From an uncultured Acidimicrobiales bacterium (GTDB taxonomy: Bacteria > Actinomycetota > Acidimicrobiia > Acidimicrobiales > UBA10347): DNA of 64,000 bases. The notes beneath the pieces were generated by a model, which was not told the DNA's origin, made no database searches, and saw nothing but the letters and a program-made list of their open reading frames with translations. Position numbers and translations under genes: made by a program. The DNA lies in contig CALSSD010000009.1 of NCBI GenBank assembly GCA_943788915.1, forward strand, positions 124,001 through 188,000, given 5' to 3'. Shown here piece by piece: positions 33,589 through 44,230 of this stretch. Numbering within the stretch: position 1 is the first letter of the stretch; each line of letters starts with the position of its first letter.

Positions 33589-34558
33589 ATGCCGAACGCA
33601 CTGATCACAGGTATCACCGGCCAGGATGGCTCGTATCTGGCGGAACTGCTGCTCGACAAGGGTTACAACGTCTACGGACTCGTGCGTCGGTCAAGCACCG
33701 ATGGCGGTGAACGCCTGGCCCACATCGCAAATAACCTAACGTTGTTGACCGGCGATCTGCTCGACGAGGGTTCTCTCGTCGAAGCGTTGCGCACCAGCCA
33801 AGCAGACGAGGTCTACAACCTTGCTGCGCAGTCCCAGGTCCACACCAGCTTCCAACAGCCCGTTTTCACCGCCCAGGTGAATGGACTTGGTGTTACTCGC
33901 CTCTTGGACGCAATCCGCATCACCAATCCCTCGGCCCGGTTCTACCAAGCCTCGACCGGCGAGATCTTCGGCAAAGCCCGCGAGGCCCCACAGACCGAAC
34001 TCACTCCGATGTATCCACGTAGCCCCTATGGCGTGGCCAAGGTGTATGCCCACTGGATCACCGTCAACTACCGCGAGAGCCACGGGATGCATGCTTCGGC
34101 CGGCATTCTGTTCAATCACGAGAGTCCTCGTCGCGGCACCGAGTTCGTGACTCGCAAGATCACCCACGCTGCAGCCATGATCAAACACGGCCGGGCCAAC
34201 GAGCTTCGGCTTGGGCAACCTCGAGGCCCGACGAGATTGGGGTTTCGCGGGCGATTTTGTTCGGGCGATGTGGCTCATGCTCCAACAGGACGCCCCCGAG
34301 GACTTCATCATCGCCACTGGCGTTACCCATTCGGTCCGCGACTTTTGTGAACGAGCATTTCAACATGTCGGGCTCGACTATCGCGACTATGTGATCCACG
34401 ACGAGTCCCATCTGCGTCCCAGCGAGGTTGATGCCTTAGTCGGTGATGCCTCAAGGGCCCATCGTGTCCTCGGATGGTCACCCAGCGTCGGCTTCGACGA
34501 TCTTGTGGCCATGATGGTTGATGCAGATATGGCCCTGGTGGCCGCGTCGGCAGGGTGA
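33589..34558 (+). CDS. gmd: GDP-mannose 4,6-dehydratase; frameshift near 34213
   Basis: [51 protein letters not shown] in the shifted frame. Confidence 0.93.
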
Positions 34559-34565
34559 GCCGCTC

Positions 34566-35240
34566 GTGACTGTCGCTGGTATCGATCGATGGCGCGGCGG
34601 TTGGATCGTCGCCGAGCTCCAAGGTCACGAAGTCTGTCTTTGGGCAACCGACACGATCGGCGAGGCCTGCAGCAGGCTCGCCAACCACCAGGCTGTGGGC
34701 ATCGACATGCCGATCGCCTTGGCGAAACATGGCACCAGAGGTGCCGAAGCAGAAGTGCGCGCTGCTCTGGGTGCATCCGCCCGTTCAGTCTTCACCAGCC
34801 CGACTCGCTCCGCCGTCGTCGCCGACACCCAAGGGCAAGCCACCGAATCGAACCGAGCTGCCGGTGGCCCAGGCATATCCGCACAGGCCTTTGGCCTGTT
34901 TGCAAGCATCCGCGAGCTACGCACAGCACTCGCAGGGCCTTCCTTCACTCACTGGTGGGAAACACATCCCGAAACCAGCTTCGCGTTGATGAACAACGGC
35001 ACGCCCCTCGCGTCCAAGCGATCAGCGCTCGGTATTGGCCAACGGCTCATGCATCTGCAGCGTCATGTCCCTGCCATCCACGATGTCTTGCTGGAGTCGC
35101 CGCCGAAGGTTCCCGTGGACGATGTGCTCGATGCCATCGCCGCAGCCTGGTCGGCTCAGCGGATCATCACCGGTGAAGCGGTCATATATGGACCACCGGA
35201 TCGAGACGACCAAGGGTTTGCACTGGGAATTCGGGTCTGA
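34566..35240 (+). CDS. DUF429 domain protein (RNase H-like nuclease fold)
   Basis: AGID..GGW, GIDMPI, ETHPETSF, DDVLDAIAAAWSA. Confidence 0.8.
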   Translation: MTVAGIDRWRGGWIVAELQGHEVCLWATDTIGEACSRLANHQAVGIDMPIALAKHGTRGAEAEVRAALGASARSVFTSPTRSAVVADTQGQATESNRAAGGPGISAQAFGLFASIRELRTALAGPSFTHWWETHPETSFALMNNGTPLASKRSALGIGQRLMHLQRHVPAIHDVLLESPPKVPVDDVLDAIAAAWSAQRIITGEAVIYGPPDRDDQGFALGIRV

Positions 35241-35491
35241 TGGATGAGACGAGCGCGAGCCTCCGCCGGTAGCAGCCGCATGACTCGATGTTCAACCAGG
35301 CTTGGCCAAACTCGGCCGGGTTCAGGTGATCTTCGTCGGCAACTCGTAGATGCTCGCCTGTCGTTGCGAGCCCGGTTGGTGACGCCGCTGCGAGTGTTAC
35401 TTGTCATCACCGTTGCGAGACGTAATGACTGAGGTGCCACCATCGGCCAGAAGTCACCGATGGGGCTGGCTGGCAGTCAGATTTCTGCAAC

Positions 35492-36289
35492 TCAGCTACC
35501 AGCGGAACGGCGTTGCCGGGCAACCTCGTAGGCCAAGATGGTGCCAGCCATTGCGACGTTTAAGGATTCGGTTTCGCCGGGCATCGGCACCGACAACCAG
35601 CTATCGATGTGATCGGCGTGAGCCTGCCCTAGCCCGTGGGCTTCGCTACCCAGAACCAGTGCGACCGGACCTGTCAGATCAGCTTCATCACATGGAGTGG
35701 CATCGGCCATGCGGGTCCCGTAACGAATGACACCGCGCTCCCCCACCTGCGCAAGTCCATCGGCGACGTCGCGTTCGACAATGACCGGCACTCGAAACAG
35801 CGCACCGGCCGAGGATCGGATGACCTTAGGTGCGAACGGATCAGCGGTGTCGCCCAGACAGACGATGCCATCAAATCCTGCCGCCACCGCCGATCGAGCG
35901 AGTGTGCCGACGTTACCAGGATCGTTTAGGTCGACGGCGACCAACAGGGAAGCGCCATCGGCGATATCGGACCATTGCGTCCGAGGAATTTTGACCTCGG
36001 CCACGACTGGTTGCGGCGAGTTGGTCGATGCGATGCGTTCGATGCCTCGGGAGCTGACCTGGGTGAGCTCAACATCATCGGCACGCAGAGCTTCGCGGAA
36101 GTCGTAGGGAGGCTCCCACGCTGCGTCGGCATACGCCTCGAAGACCACAAGATCCGATGCAAGGACCTCGGTAACCAGTTTGATGCCTTCGACAATGAAA
36201 CGCCCGGCCTCGTGCCTGGCCCGTCGGTCACGGGCCAAGGCACGAAGCCGGGCGACTTCAGAATTTCTTGGTGATAGTGGCTCAGCCAT
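35492..36289 (-). CDS. TrmH/SpoU family RNA methyltransferase
   Basis: DPGNVGTLARS, GSEAHGL, ESLNVAMA; conserved position after rplT. Confidence 0.92.
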   Translation of the reverse strand: MAEPLSPRNSEVARLRALARDRRARHEAGRFIVEGIKLVTEVLASDLVVFEAYADAAWEPPYDFREALRADDVELTQVSSRGIERIASTNSPQPVVAEVKIPRTQWSDIADGASLLVAVDLNDPGNVGTLARSAVAAGFDGIVCLGDTADPFAPKVIRSSAGALFRVPVIVERDVADGLAQVGERGVIRYGTRMADATPCDEADLTGPVALVLGSEAHGLGQAHADHIDSWLSVPMPGETESLNVAMAGTILAYEVARQRRSAGS

Positions 36290-36322
36290 GCCGCGTTCTG
36301 CGTTCGCTGAGCCGACCGCGGA

Positions 36323-36694
36323 CTACGCCGCGTCGACCTTTTCGGCAGCAGCAGCTGCGATGTCGATGAGTGCCTTGAAGGCCTCGGGTTCGTGCACTGC
36401 CATGTCGGCCAGGACCTTGCGGTCAACTTCGACCTCGGCCAGCTTCAGGCCGTGCATGAACCGGCTGTAGGTGGTGTCGTGCATACGACATCCAGCATTG
36501 ATGCGCTGGATCCACAGACGGCGGAACTCACCCTTGCGCGCCTTGCGGTCACGAAAGGCGTAGTTGCCACTGTGCATGACCTGCTCATTGGCGGCCCGGA
36601 ATGAACGGCTCTTGTTTCCGTAATAACCACTGGCCTTAGCCAGAACCTTTTTACGCTTCTTACGTGCGTGTACTGCTCTTTTTACGCGTGCCAT
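36323..36694 (-). CDS. rplT: 50S ribosomal protein L20
   Basis: [24 protein letters not shown]. Confidence 0.98.
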   Translation of the reverse strand: MARVKRAVHARKKRKKVLAKASGYYGNKSRSFRAANEQVMHSGNYAFRDRKARKGEFRRLWIQRINAGCRMHDTTYSRFMHGLKLAEVEVDRKVLADMAVHEPEAFKALIDIAAAAAEKVDAA

Positions 36695-36721
36695 GACGAA
36701 TCCTCTTTCTTTCCGGTGCGA

Positions 36722-36919
36722 TCAGCGCTTGCCGAGGGCGCGCTTGATGGTCTTAACATCGCCATCGGCGACGAGGGCAGGTGCACGCAGTTGGCGCTTG
36801 CGCTTTGGGGCCTTCTTTTCAAGAATGTGGCTTTTGTTTGCCTGGCGGCGCTTGATCTTGCCGCTGCCAGTCATCTTGAAGCGCTTGGCGGCGCCTTTGT
36901 GGGTCTTCATCTTCGGCAT
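36722..36919 (-). CDS. rpmI: 50S ribosomal protein L35
   Basis: [21 protein letters not shown]. Confidence 0.98.
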   Translation of the reverse strand: MPKMKTHKGAAKRFKMTGSGKIKRRQANKSHILEKKAPKRKRQLRAPALVADGDVKTIKRALGKR

Positions 36920-36985
36920 GTCAACTACCTCGACCGTGTGGTGCCGGTCAGTGTGTCTAAGGGGCGGGTTGGGTGGGGGATGAAA

Positions 36986-37009
36986 CGCCGGTGTCGCAGG
37001 ACACCGGCG
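36986..37009 (-). terminator. Perfect 10-bp hairpin between infC and rpmI (terminator or stabiliser)
   Basis: cgccggtgtc-gcag-gacaccggcg, followed by TTTC on the minus strand. Confidence 0.55.
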
Positions 37010-37016
37010 AGTTTGT

Positions 37017-37682
37017 TTATTCTTCTTCGGTGATGTCGTCGTGTTCGATGGTGACGTCTGGCGGAGAAGCGGCTTCGGTTGCAGCTGCGACTGCTGCTGC
37101 GGCTTCGGCCTTGGCTGCTGCTGCTTCGTCTTTCGCTACCTTGGCAGCTGCAGCTTGTTTCTCGCGATCGGGCACCATGACCATGACCATGTTGCGGCCG
37201 TCGAGCTTCGGATAGATCTCGACCTTGGCAATGCTGTCGGCTGCTTCGGCGACCTGGTCAAGAATCTTGCGGCCAAGTTCTGGATGCTGCATTTCGCGGC
37301 CTCGGAACATGATCGTGATTTTGACTCGGTTACCTTCGGCCAAGAACTGCTTCACCTTGCGGGTTTTGGTATCGAAGTCGCCTACCCCAATTTTGGGGCG
37401 GTACTTCATTTCCTTGACCTGCACGGTCGTGGACTTCTTGCGCGATGCTTTATCGCGTTGTTTTGCCTCATAGACCGCTTTCCCATGGTCCATGATCTTG
37501 CACACCGGTGGATTCGCCTTGTCGGCGACTTCTACGAGGTCAAGACCAGCCTGCTGAGCGCGGGTAAGGGCATTGGGAAGCGAAACAATTCCGATCTGTT
37601 CACCGTCAGCGCCGACAAGTCGGACCTCACGGGCACGAATCTTGTCATTGATTCGTGGTTCGGAATTTGATGGAGCAGCTAT
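37017..37682 (-). CDS. infC: Translation initiation factor IF-3, non-canonical ATA start
   Basis: [37 protein letters not shown]; in-frame TGA three codons upstream of ATA 37682 and no ATG before the conserved RIN motif. Confidence 0.95.
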   Translation of the reverse strand: MAAPSNSEPRINDKIRAREVRLVGADGEQIGIVSLPNALTRAQQAGLDLVEVADKANPPVCKIMDHGKAVYEAKQRDKASRKKSTTVQVKEMKYRPKIGVGDFDTKTRKVKQFLAEGNRVKITIMFRGREMQHPELGRKILDQVAEAADSIAKVEIYPKLDGRNMVMVMVPDREKQAAAAKVAKDEAAAAKAEAAAAVAAATEAASPPDVTIEHDDITEEE

Positions 37683-38151
37683 TGCGGATCACTCATGTAA
37701 GCGATGATTCCTCTGTTGTGATGGATAGAGCTGGCCCCGCCATTTCTGAGGGGTCCAGTTTGCTGACTTGGTGGCCACAGGCAGTCAAACGACTACGTGA
37801 CGGACCGAACCAGCATCAAAACAACAGGGCAATGCCCGGAAGAACTGCATCTGGGACCCGGAACGCCTCTACCGGCGACAGGGTGGAACGCTCTCACGCC
37901 CACTTCATCAAGTTGTGCGAGCCACATGGTAGTGGAAGAAGAAGCGAAAGCCGCACCCTGGACCGCTGCAGGTCTGTCAATTACCGTCCACGTATCCCGC
38001 TGCCGCTCGGTTTGACGGGGTTGACCGACCTCGCAGACGCTCGCCAGCGGTTGCTGCAACCGCTGCGGACTATCGCGGTGCGTTTGCTACAACCTGAAAC
38101 GTTGCTCGGCACAAACTCCTGCGGAGGCGCTGTAGGAGGTCTTCGCGATGG

Positions 38152-39789
38152 TTAGGCAGTCTCAGCGATCTCTGATTGCAGGCCCAGGTCGGCAATCGAC
38201 TTCTCGCGCATCTCTGCCTTACGAATCTTGCCGGTCACGGTCATAGGGAAGTCGTTCACGAACGATATGTACCGCGGGATCTTGAAATGGGCAATCTTGC
38301 CTTTGCAGAACTCCTTGATCTCGTCGTCGGTTGCCGACTGGCCTTCGCCAAGCTGGACCCATGCCATGATCTCTTCGCCGTACTTCGCACTAGGCACACC
38401 AATAACTTGGGCATCGGCCACCGCTGGATGGCTGTAGAGGAACTCTTCGATCTCACGGGGATACACGTTTTCGCCACCCCGAATAATCATGTCCTTGATC
38501 CGTCCAACAATGTTGACGTACCCGTGGTCATCCATGACAGCCAGATCGCCTGAGTGCATCCACCCGTCGGCATCGATTGCGTCGGCCGTCTTCTCCGGGT
38601 CTTCCCAGTAACCGTTCATGACATGGAAACCACGGGTGCAGTACTCGCCTTCGCAGCCTCGCTCGACCGTCTCGCCGGTGTCAGGGTCGACGATCTTTGC
38701 TTCGACATGCGGCAGTACCTGGCCAACGGTCGTGACCCGGACTTCGACCGAGTCGGTCGTGCGAGTCTGCGTGGACACCGGCGAGGTCTCGGTCTGGCCA
38801 TAGGCGATCGTGACCTCGGACATGTTCATGTCTTGGATCACCTGGCGCATCACTTCGATGGGACATGGTGACCCTGCCATGATGCCGGTGCGAAGTGATG
38901 TCAGATCCCGGGATTCCAGGTCGGGATGCCCGAGCTCTGCGATGAACATGGTGGGTACGCCATAGAGCGATGTACACCGTTCAGCTTCGACGACCCGCAG
39001 CACCGCAGCCGGGTCAAACGTGGGGCATGGGATGATCATGGCGGCACCAAAAACCGCACAGGACAGATTGCCCATGACCATGCCAAAGCAGTGGTAGAAC
39101 GGCACGGGGATCGCGACCCGGTCTGTCTCGTCGTAGTCGCACATCATGCCGACAAACTTGGCGTCGTTCAGGATCGCACGGTGACTGAGCGTGGCCCCCT
39201 TGGGGAAACCTGTGGTACCCGACGTGTACTGGATGTTGATGGCATCGTTGGGGTCGAGCAATGCCATCCGTGCGCTCAGATCCTGGTCGGAAACCGACTG
39301 GCCGGCAGCCACCAGATCCGCCCAATCGCTCGTATCGAAATACACCACATGTTCGAGATCGGCACAGTTCGGCCGCACCTGCTCAACCATGTCTTGATAC
39401 GCCGAGGTCAGGTATTCGGTGCGGGTGACGAGCATTTTGCAGCCCGACTGGTTCATTGCGTATTCAAGTTCGCTGGTCCGATAGGCCGGGTTGATATTGA
39501 CCTGAATCGCTCCAATCTTGGCGGTGGCAAACTGCACGTAGACCCACTCGGCGTAGTTCGGGCTCCACATGCCGACCCGGTCGCCTTTCTCGATGCCGTA
39601 GGCCATCAGACCTTTGGCAACGGCATCGACCGACGTATTGAATTCGGTCCAGCTCTGGCGGATGCCCTGGTGATCAACGACCAACGCGTCGTTGTCACCG
39701 AAGCGGGCGACGGTCTCATTGAGGTTGTCGCCGATCGTTTGCTCGATCAGCGGGATGTCGGTAGCGCCTGAGTCAATTGCCAATGCCAC
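38152..39789 (-). CDS. Acyl-CoA synthetase (AMP-binding)
   Basis: [50 protein letters not shown]. Confidence 0.93.
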   Translation of the reverse strand: MALAIDSGATDIPLIEQTIGDNLNETVARFGDNDALVVDHQGIRQSWTEFNTSVDAVAKGLMAYGIEKGDRVGMWSPNYAEWVYVQFATAKIGAIQVNINPAYRTSELEYAMNQSGCKMLVTRTEYLTSAYQDMVEQVRPNCADLEHVVYFDTSDWADLVAAGQSVSDQDLSARMALLDPNDAINIQYTSGTTGFPKGATLSHRAILNDAKFVGMMCDYDETDRVAIPVPFYHCFGMVMGNLSCAVFGAAMIIPCPTFDPAAVLRVVEAERCTSLYGVPTMFIAELGHPDLESRDLTSLRTGIMAGSPCPIEVMRQVIQDMNMSEVTIAYGQTETSPVSTQTRTTDSVEVRVTTVGQVLPHVEAKIVDPDTGETVERGCEGEYCTRGFHVMNGYWEDPEKTADAIDADGWMHSGDLAVMDDHGYVNIVGRIKDMIIRGGENVYPREIEEFLYSHPAVADAQVIGVPSAKYGEEIMAWVQLGEGQSATDDEIKEFCKGKIAHFKIPRYISFVNDFPMTVTGKIRKAEMREKSIADLGLQSEIAETA

Positions 39790-39859
39790 GAAAGTGTCCC
39801 CTTATTAGCTCAGGGGCGATGTTAGAACACACAAACCCTGCTCGTTTGCTTCCGCGGGG

Positions 39860-40939
39860 TTATGCGACCGTGCGGGAGATATCGACCGAAGGTGTGCTGC
39901 GCTGTTCACCGAACCACTCCCCTGGTTCGATCCGCAGGTACGCCAGCAGGCCCATGAGTGCTGCGTCATAGTTCACCCTCCAGCCGGCAAAGTCTTGCCA
40001 CGCTTGGTCCAGATCCGGCTTGAGCGGAATACCGAGTGAGCGCAGTTCGATACACAGTTGGTCGAACGTGGTCCGCTGGATCGAGATGGGGTCATCTGGC
40101 GCCGGGTCGACCGGCCGTTCTATGTTGAAAGTGTCGGCCAAGCTGCCAAGCGCAACAAAACCCGACCGGATGCACAGCGCTGCTCTCGGCGACTCCTCGA
40201 CGTCGATAGTGGATTGCATAAGCGCCGCGGCGTCGAGCACCACTCCAGCAGCCTGCAGCCATGATCTGCCATATTGTGCCGAACGGAAGAACGACAGAGA
40301 CGTATGTGTGCTGTGTGTCTCTTCGATTTCGAGGAACCAGTTCTCCCACTCGGACCACACCGGGTCCATCTCTGGAAGCCATCCGATGCGGTTACTGCGG
40401 TGCAAGAAAGTCACCGGGTGTGCCGGCCGGCCGGCGCGAACCTCGAGTCGAGCAACCGCGATCTCGCGGTCGAGATACGCGCTATAGACGGTTGGCAGAT
40501 AGCTGATCACCAGACCAACCAGGCCTAATCCGATCAGGGCTTCGATGACAACCAGCACGAGTGTTACTGGTTCGTCGGCAGTCCTGATGCCCAGCGTTGT
40601 CAGAGACGACCCACTCAGGACAAAGGCGTTCACCGCGCCGCGCACACCTTGCCCCCAGAAGACAAGAGCAAAACCGACAACAATATGTGTTGCCCAAACA
40701 AAAGAGAGTGTGATCAGGCCAAACGGTGCGAGACGTGAATCGAAGGTGTTCCGGGCTTCAGGGTCACGCACCCACCGGTGCACGGTTCGCGAGATCAGGC
40801 CGATGAACTTGTAGTGGTAACGCGTGATACGAGGCCGTTCTGCTCGAGGGACAACCACGGTCAGCATGGCGGACCACAAGGTTCCGACAACGAGCAGGGC
40901 TCCAAGCACCTGAGCGGTGATGTTGACAGTCGTGCTCAC
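39860..40939 (-). CDS. Membrane protein with ion-channel-like pore segment
   Basis: TM helices around SGSSLTTLG, EALIGLGLVGLVISYLP, C-terminal soluble domain. Confidence 0.6.
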   Translation of the reverse strand: MSTTVNITAQVLGALLVVGTLWSAMLTVVVPRAERPRITRYHYKFIGLISRTVHRWVRDPEARNTFDSRLAPFGLITLSFVWATHIVVGFALVFWGQGVRGAVNAFVLSGSSLTTLGIRTADEPVTLVLVVIEALIGLGLVGLVISYLPTVYSAYLDREIAVARLEVRAGRPAHPVTFLHRSNRIGWLPEMDPVWSEWENWFLEIEETHSTHTSLSFFRSAQYGRSWLQAAGVVLDAAALMQSTIDVEESPRAALCIRSGFVALGSLADTFNIERPVDPAPDDPISIQRTTFDQLCIELRSLGIPLKPDLDQAWQDFAGWRVNYDAALMGLLAYLRIEPGEWFGEQRSTPSVDISRTVA

Positions 40940-41053
40940 GGTGCGACCCTAGTCCGCACACACCAGTAAAAAGCGAAGGTCCGACCTGCGCACGGCAGGA
41001 CGACGACAGCCGAGCGGGTTGCTGCGCTCGGATTACGGAGCTTTGGCCCCGAG

Positions 41054-41572
41054 CTATTCAGCAATCAGGTCGAGGTCGACCATTAGGTCATCAGCCACGG
41101 CTTCGAGCGCGTCGCGGAGGACTTCGATATCGCTGCCGGTTGGAAGTTCCAGCACTGCGTTCGCTCTGAAGAGATTGCCGCCCTGCGGTGCTGGCGCACT
41201 CGCGGTTTCGAGCTCACCGATACTGACGCCTTGTTGGGCCAACACGCGAGAAATTTCGTGCACGATTCCAGGGTGATCCTGGCCGATCAGTGCAAGCGTC
41301 ACTTGGCTCGCAACGTCGGACTCGGTCCGGGTGACAGCTCGTTCGGCAGTAATCGCCAAAAGGCCTTGCGACTCGATCGCATCGAGGTCGCGCAACAAAG
41401 GATCAACCGCTGATGCAGGCACCTGCACCAGCACGATGCCAGCGAACTTGCCAGCAAGTTCGGCAAGGTGGCTTCGATCCCAGTTTCCGCCATGAGCAGC
41501 CACGACACCAGCGACTGCGTCGACCAAGCCTGCCCGGTCGTCTCCGATGAGTGTGATCACCACAGGTTCCAT
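41054..41572 (-). CDS. GcvR-like tandem ACT domain protein
   Basis: IGDDRAGLV and IGQDHPGIV ACT repeats. Confidence 0.85.
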   Translation of the reverse strand: MEPVVITLIGDDRAGLVDAVAGVVAAHGGNWDRSHLAELAGKFAGIVLVQVPASAVDPLLRDLDAIESQGLLAITAERAVTRTESDVASQVTLALIGQDHPGIVHEISRVLAQQGVSIGELETASAPAPQGGNLFRANAVLELPTGSDIEVLRDALEAVADDLMVDLDLIAE

Positions 41573-41689
41573 GGCACAGATAGTAATGCCGACCTTCATA
41601 GTGGCCGACTGGCACACCCGGAATACCGCGGCATACTGCTGTGTTTGAACCGAGCGCCACCACGGGGTGGCCATTTCACAGGAGCAGCA

Positions 41690-42082
41690 ATGAGTACCAC
41701 CAACATCACCAGCAGCCAGTTTGAGGAAACCGTCCTTGGCGACGGAATCGTGCTGGTGGACTTCTGGGCCGAATGGTGTGGCCCGTGTAAATCATTCGCT
41801 CCGGTATACGAAACTGTCTCCGAGCGTTACCCCGACATCACCTTCGCCAAGGTCGATACCGAACAAGAGCAGCAGATCTCTGGTCAGCTTGGTATTCGTT
41901 CGATCCCTACGATCATGGCATTCCGCGACGGCATTCAGATCTTCTCCCAGCCAGGAGCCATGGGCGAGCGCGACCTCACCGAACTGGTCACCCAGATCGA
42001 GAAACTCGACATGGATGAGATCCGCAAGGAGATCGAGGCTGCCGCCGACGATCACGAACATGGCGAGAACTGCAATCACTAG
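41690..42082 (+). CDS. trxA: Thioredoxin
   Basis: DFWAEWCGPCK, IRSIPT; AGGAG SD upstream. Confidence 0.95.
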   Translation: MSTTNITSSQFEETVLGDGIVLVDFWAEWCGPCKSFAPVYETVSERYPDITFAKVDTEQEQQISGQLGIRSIPTIMAFRDGIQIFSQPGAMGERDLTELVTQIEKLDMDEIRKEIEAAADDHEHGENCNH

Positions 42083-42103
42083 TTCCAGCACGCGTTCCTG
42101 ACC

Positions 42104-42125
42104 TTCACCGGGAATAACCGGTGAA
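42104..42125. terminator. Hairpin between convergent trxA and tyrS
   Basis: ttcaccgg-gaataa-ccggtgaa, 8-bp stem. Confidence 0.55.
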
Positions 42126-42133
42126 TCGTTGAA

Positions 42134-43408
42134 CTAGCCGTCGACCACTACCAGATGCCGGGCCTTCTTTCCCCGCTGCAGGAGAAGGAAACGCCCGTCG
42201 ATCAAGGCGTCGCCCTCGACATGGTCAGCGTGGGTTTTGACTCCGTTGAGGCTGATCTGGTTTTCGCCCAGTTTGCGGCGGGCGTCGCCACGAGACGAAC
42301 ACAACCCGCTGTCAACCAACAATCCGACAAGATTCTGTTCCTGTTCCAACGATGCAGCTGTAACCGTGGTTTCGGGGACGATGCCTCGCAACGACTCGGC
42401 CATCTCACCCGTTAGGTCGGCCCCACCGAAGAGGGCTTCGGCTGCAAGTTTTGACTGATTGACGGCTGCTTCGCCGTGGATGATCTCGAGTGCCCGATCG
42501 GCGAGCGCCTTCTGTGCAAGCCGCTGCTCTGGCGCGTTCTCGTGTTCGACCATGAGCGCCTTGATGTCCTCGACGGACATGAGTGTGAACCACATAAGCA
42601 TGCGCTCGACGTCGGCATCGGGCACCCGAAGGAAGTACTGGTGGATCTCGTATGGGAGCGTGCGGTCTGCGCTGAGCCAGATGGCGCCGTCGGCTGTCTT
42701 GCCGAACTTGGCGCCGTCGCTGCGGGTAAGTAGCGGCCAGGTCAACGCGAACGCCTGGCCTTGTGAACGTTTCCGAACCAAGTCGGTGCCAGCGGTGATG
42801 TTGCCCCACTGGTCGCTGCCACCCATTTGCATGATGCAGTTCTTGTTTTCGTAGAGCCACCAGAAGTCGAACGCTTGAAGCAGCATGTAGCTGAACTCGG
42901 TGAACGAGATGCCGTTCTCGCTCTCGAGGCGGCTCTTGACCGAATCTTTGGCCATCATCTGGTTGACCGTCACGTGTTTGCCAACGTCGCGCAAGAAGTC
43001 GATCACACCAACGGGACCGGTCCAGTCGTAGTTGTTCACCATCTCGGCGGTGTTGGCCGCGCCGCTATCAAAATCGAGGAAACGGCGCAGAACGGCGGAG
43101 ATGCCCTCGACATTGTGCGCCAGGGTTTCGGTGTCGAGCAGATTACGTTCTTCGGACCTGCCGCCAGGATCGCCAACCATGCCAGTACTTCCGCCAACGA
43201 GCGCGATGGGCTTGTGGCCCGCAAGCTGCATACGTCGAAGTGCCATGATCGGAATCAGGTTTCCCAGGTGCAACGAATCGGCGGTTGGATCGAATCCGAC
43301 ATAGACCGTGATCATCTCATCGCTGAGAGCTTCGGCGAGCGCCTCGCGTTCGGTGGTGTCTTGGATCAGGCCTCGAGCTTCGAACTCGGCTAACACATCA
43401 GTCGTCAC
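42134..43408 (-). CDS. tyrS: Tyrosine--tRNA ligase
   Basis: GFDPTADSLHLGN, GGSDQWGNI, KFGKT, S4 tail. Confidence 0.97.
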   Translation of the reverse strand: MTTDVLAEFEARGLIQDTTEREALAEALSDEMITVYVGFDPTADSLHLGNLIPIMALRRMQLAGHKPIALVGGSTGMVGDPGGRSEERNLLDTETLAHNVEGISAVLRRFLDFDSGAANTAEMVNNYDWTGPVGVIDFLRDVGKHVTVNQMMAKDSVKSRLESENGISFTEFSYMLLQAFDFWWLYENKNCIMQMGGSDQWGNITAGTDLVRKRSQGQAFALTWPLLTRSDGAKFGKTADGAIWLSADRTLPYEIHQYFLRVPDADVERMLMWFTLMSVEDIKALMVEHENAPEQRLAQKALADRALEIIHGEAAVNQSKLAAEALFGGADLTGEMAESLRGIVPETTVTAASLEQEQNLVGLLVDSGLCSSRGDARRKLGENQISLNGVKTHADHVEGDALIDGRFLLLQRGKKARHLVVVDG

Positions 43409-43529
43409 GGGTCAGATGGTATTGCAAACGCTGCCTATTCCTGGGCCATATTCCTGCGATGCTTCGTGTGGCGGATCACCACGACGTGAAACCGGCCCGA
43501 CCGCCGCTCCGCATGATGGCCGGTGCACA

Positions 43530-44111
43530 ATGACAGGGATGGATGCGAAGACGAACGGCCATGCTCCCCACGATGACCCCGGTGGACAAGAAACAGTTCC
43601 CCTCGGCTGGCGATGGTCATTTCCCCGATTCCTGGGTTTCGCAGTGTTTCTTTTCTTGGTGGTGTTCTGGATCTGGGCATTCGCCAACCGCGACAGCATC
43701 GCCCATCCCGATACGTTCGATGACCCGGTCTTCGTTGAGGCGGCCGAGAGCTTGTGTTCGGTACGACAGGCCAACATCGCCGAACTGCCGCTCGCTGGCG
43801 CTGTCGAAAATGCCGTCGAGCGAGGCGAAGTCCTCGACCTCGCCACAGACCAGCTTGAGTTGATGGTGGCCGAGCTAGCCCAGATCGCGCTGCCTACCGA
43901 TCCCAAAGGCGCCGCTGGCGTTCCCCAATGGCTCACCGACTACGACCTGTTCCTCAACGATCGTCGTGTCTACGCCGACATCCTGGTCACCGGCGAAGAC
44001 CCGAAATTCCTGATCAGCGCCAACGACCAGGGCGTGCGAGTGACCGACTTGCTCACCACCTTCGCCGAAGTCAACGAGATGCCCAGCTGCGCGCCAAGTG
44101 GCGATATCTAG
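43530..44111 (+). CDS. Hypothetical single-pass membrane protein
   Basis: TM segment FLGFAVFLFLVVFWIWAF followed by an acidic helical domain with two Cys. Confidence 0.65.
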   Translation: MTGMDAKTNGHAPHDDPGGQETVPLGWRWSFPRFLGFAVFLFLVVFWIWAFANRDSIAHPDTFDDPVFVEAAESLCSVRQANIAELPLAGAVENAVERGEVLDLATDQLELMVAELAQIALPTDPKGAAGVPQWLTDYDLFLNDRRVYADILVTGEDPKFLISANDQGVRVTDLLTTFAEVNEMPSCAPSGDI

Positions 44112-44226
44112 CTCCGGCGCCTCTGCTGACTACCCCGCAATCACCGCTTCGCTCCGCTCCGGCGCCTCTGCTGACCACCCCGCAATCACCGCTTCGCTCC
44201 GCTCCAGCGCCTCTGCTGACTACCCC
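44111..44226. repeat. 45-bp tandem repeat, about 2.6 copies
   Basis: Unit gctccggcgcctctgctgactaccccgcaatcaccgcttcgctcc at 44111, 44156 and (partial) 44201; single substitutions between copies. Confidence 0.95.
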
Positions 44227-44230
44227 CCTG

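Noticed and set aside
33589..34558. Polysaccharide biosynthesis island around gmd
   Set aside because: No glycosyltransferase, fcl or transporter genes are adjacent
35244..35432. 62-aa ORF (and 95-aa antisense ORF) between DUF429 and trmH
   Set aside because: Arg/Ser-rich composition with no motif or RBS; only a small hairpin near 35440-35463 is evident
37975..37980. TTGACA -35 box on the minus strand upstream of infC
   Set aside because: No -10 box at 16-18 nt spacing; the plausible -10 (TACCAT) is about 43 nt away
44111..44226. CRISPR array
   Set aside because: Units are head-to-tail with no unique spacers, and there are no cas genes in the window
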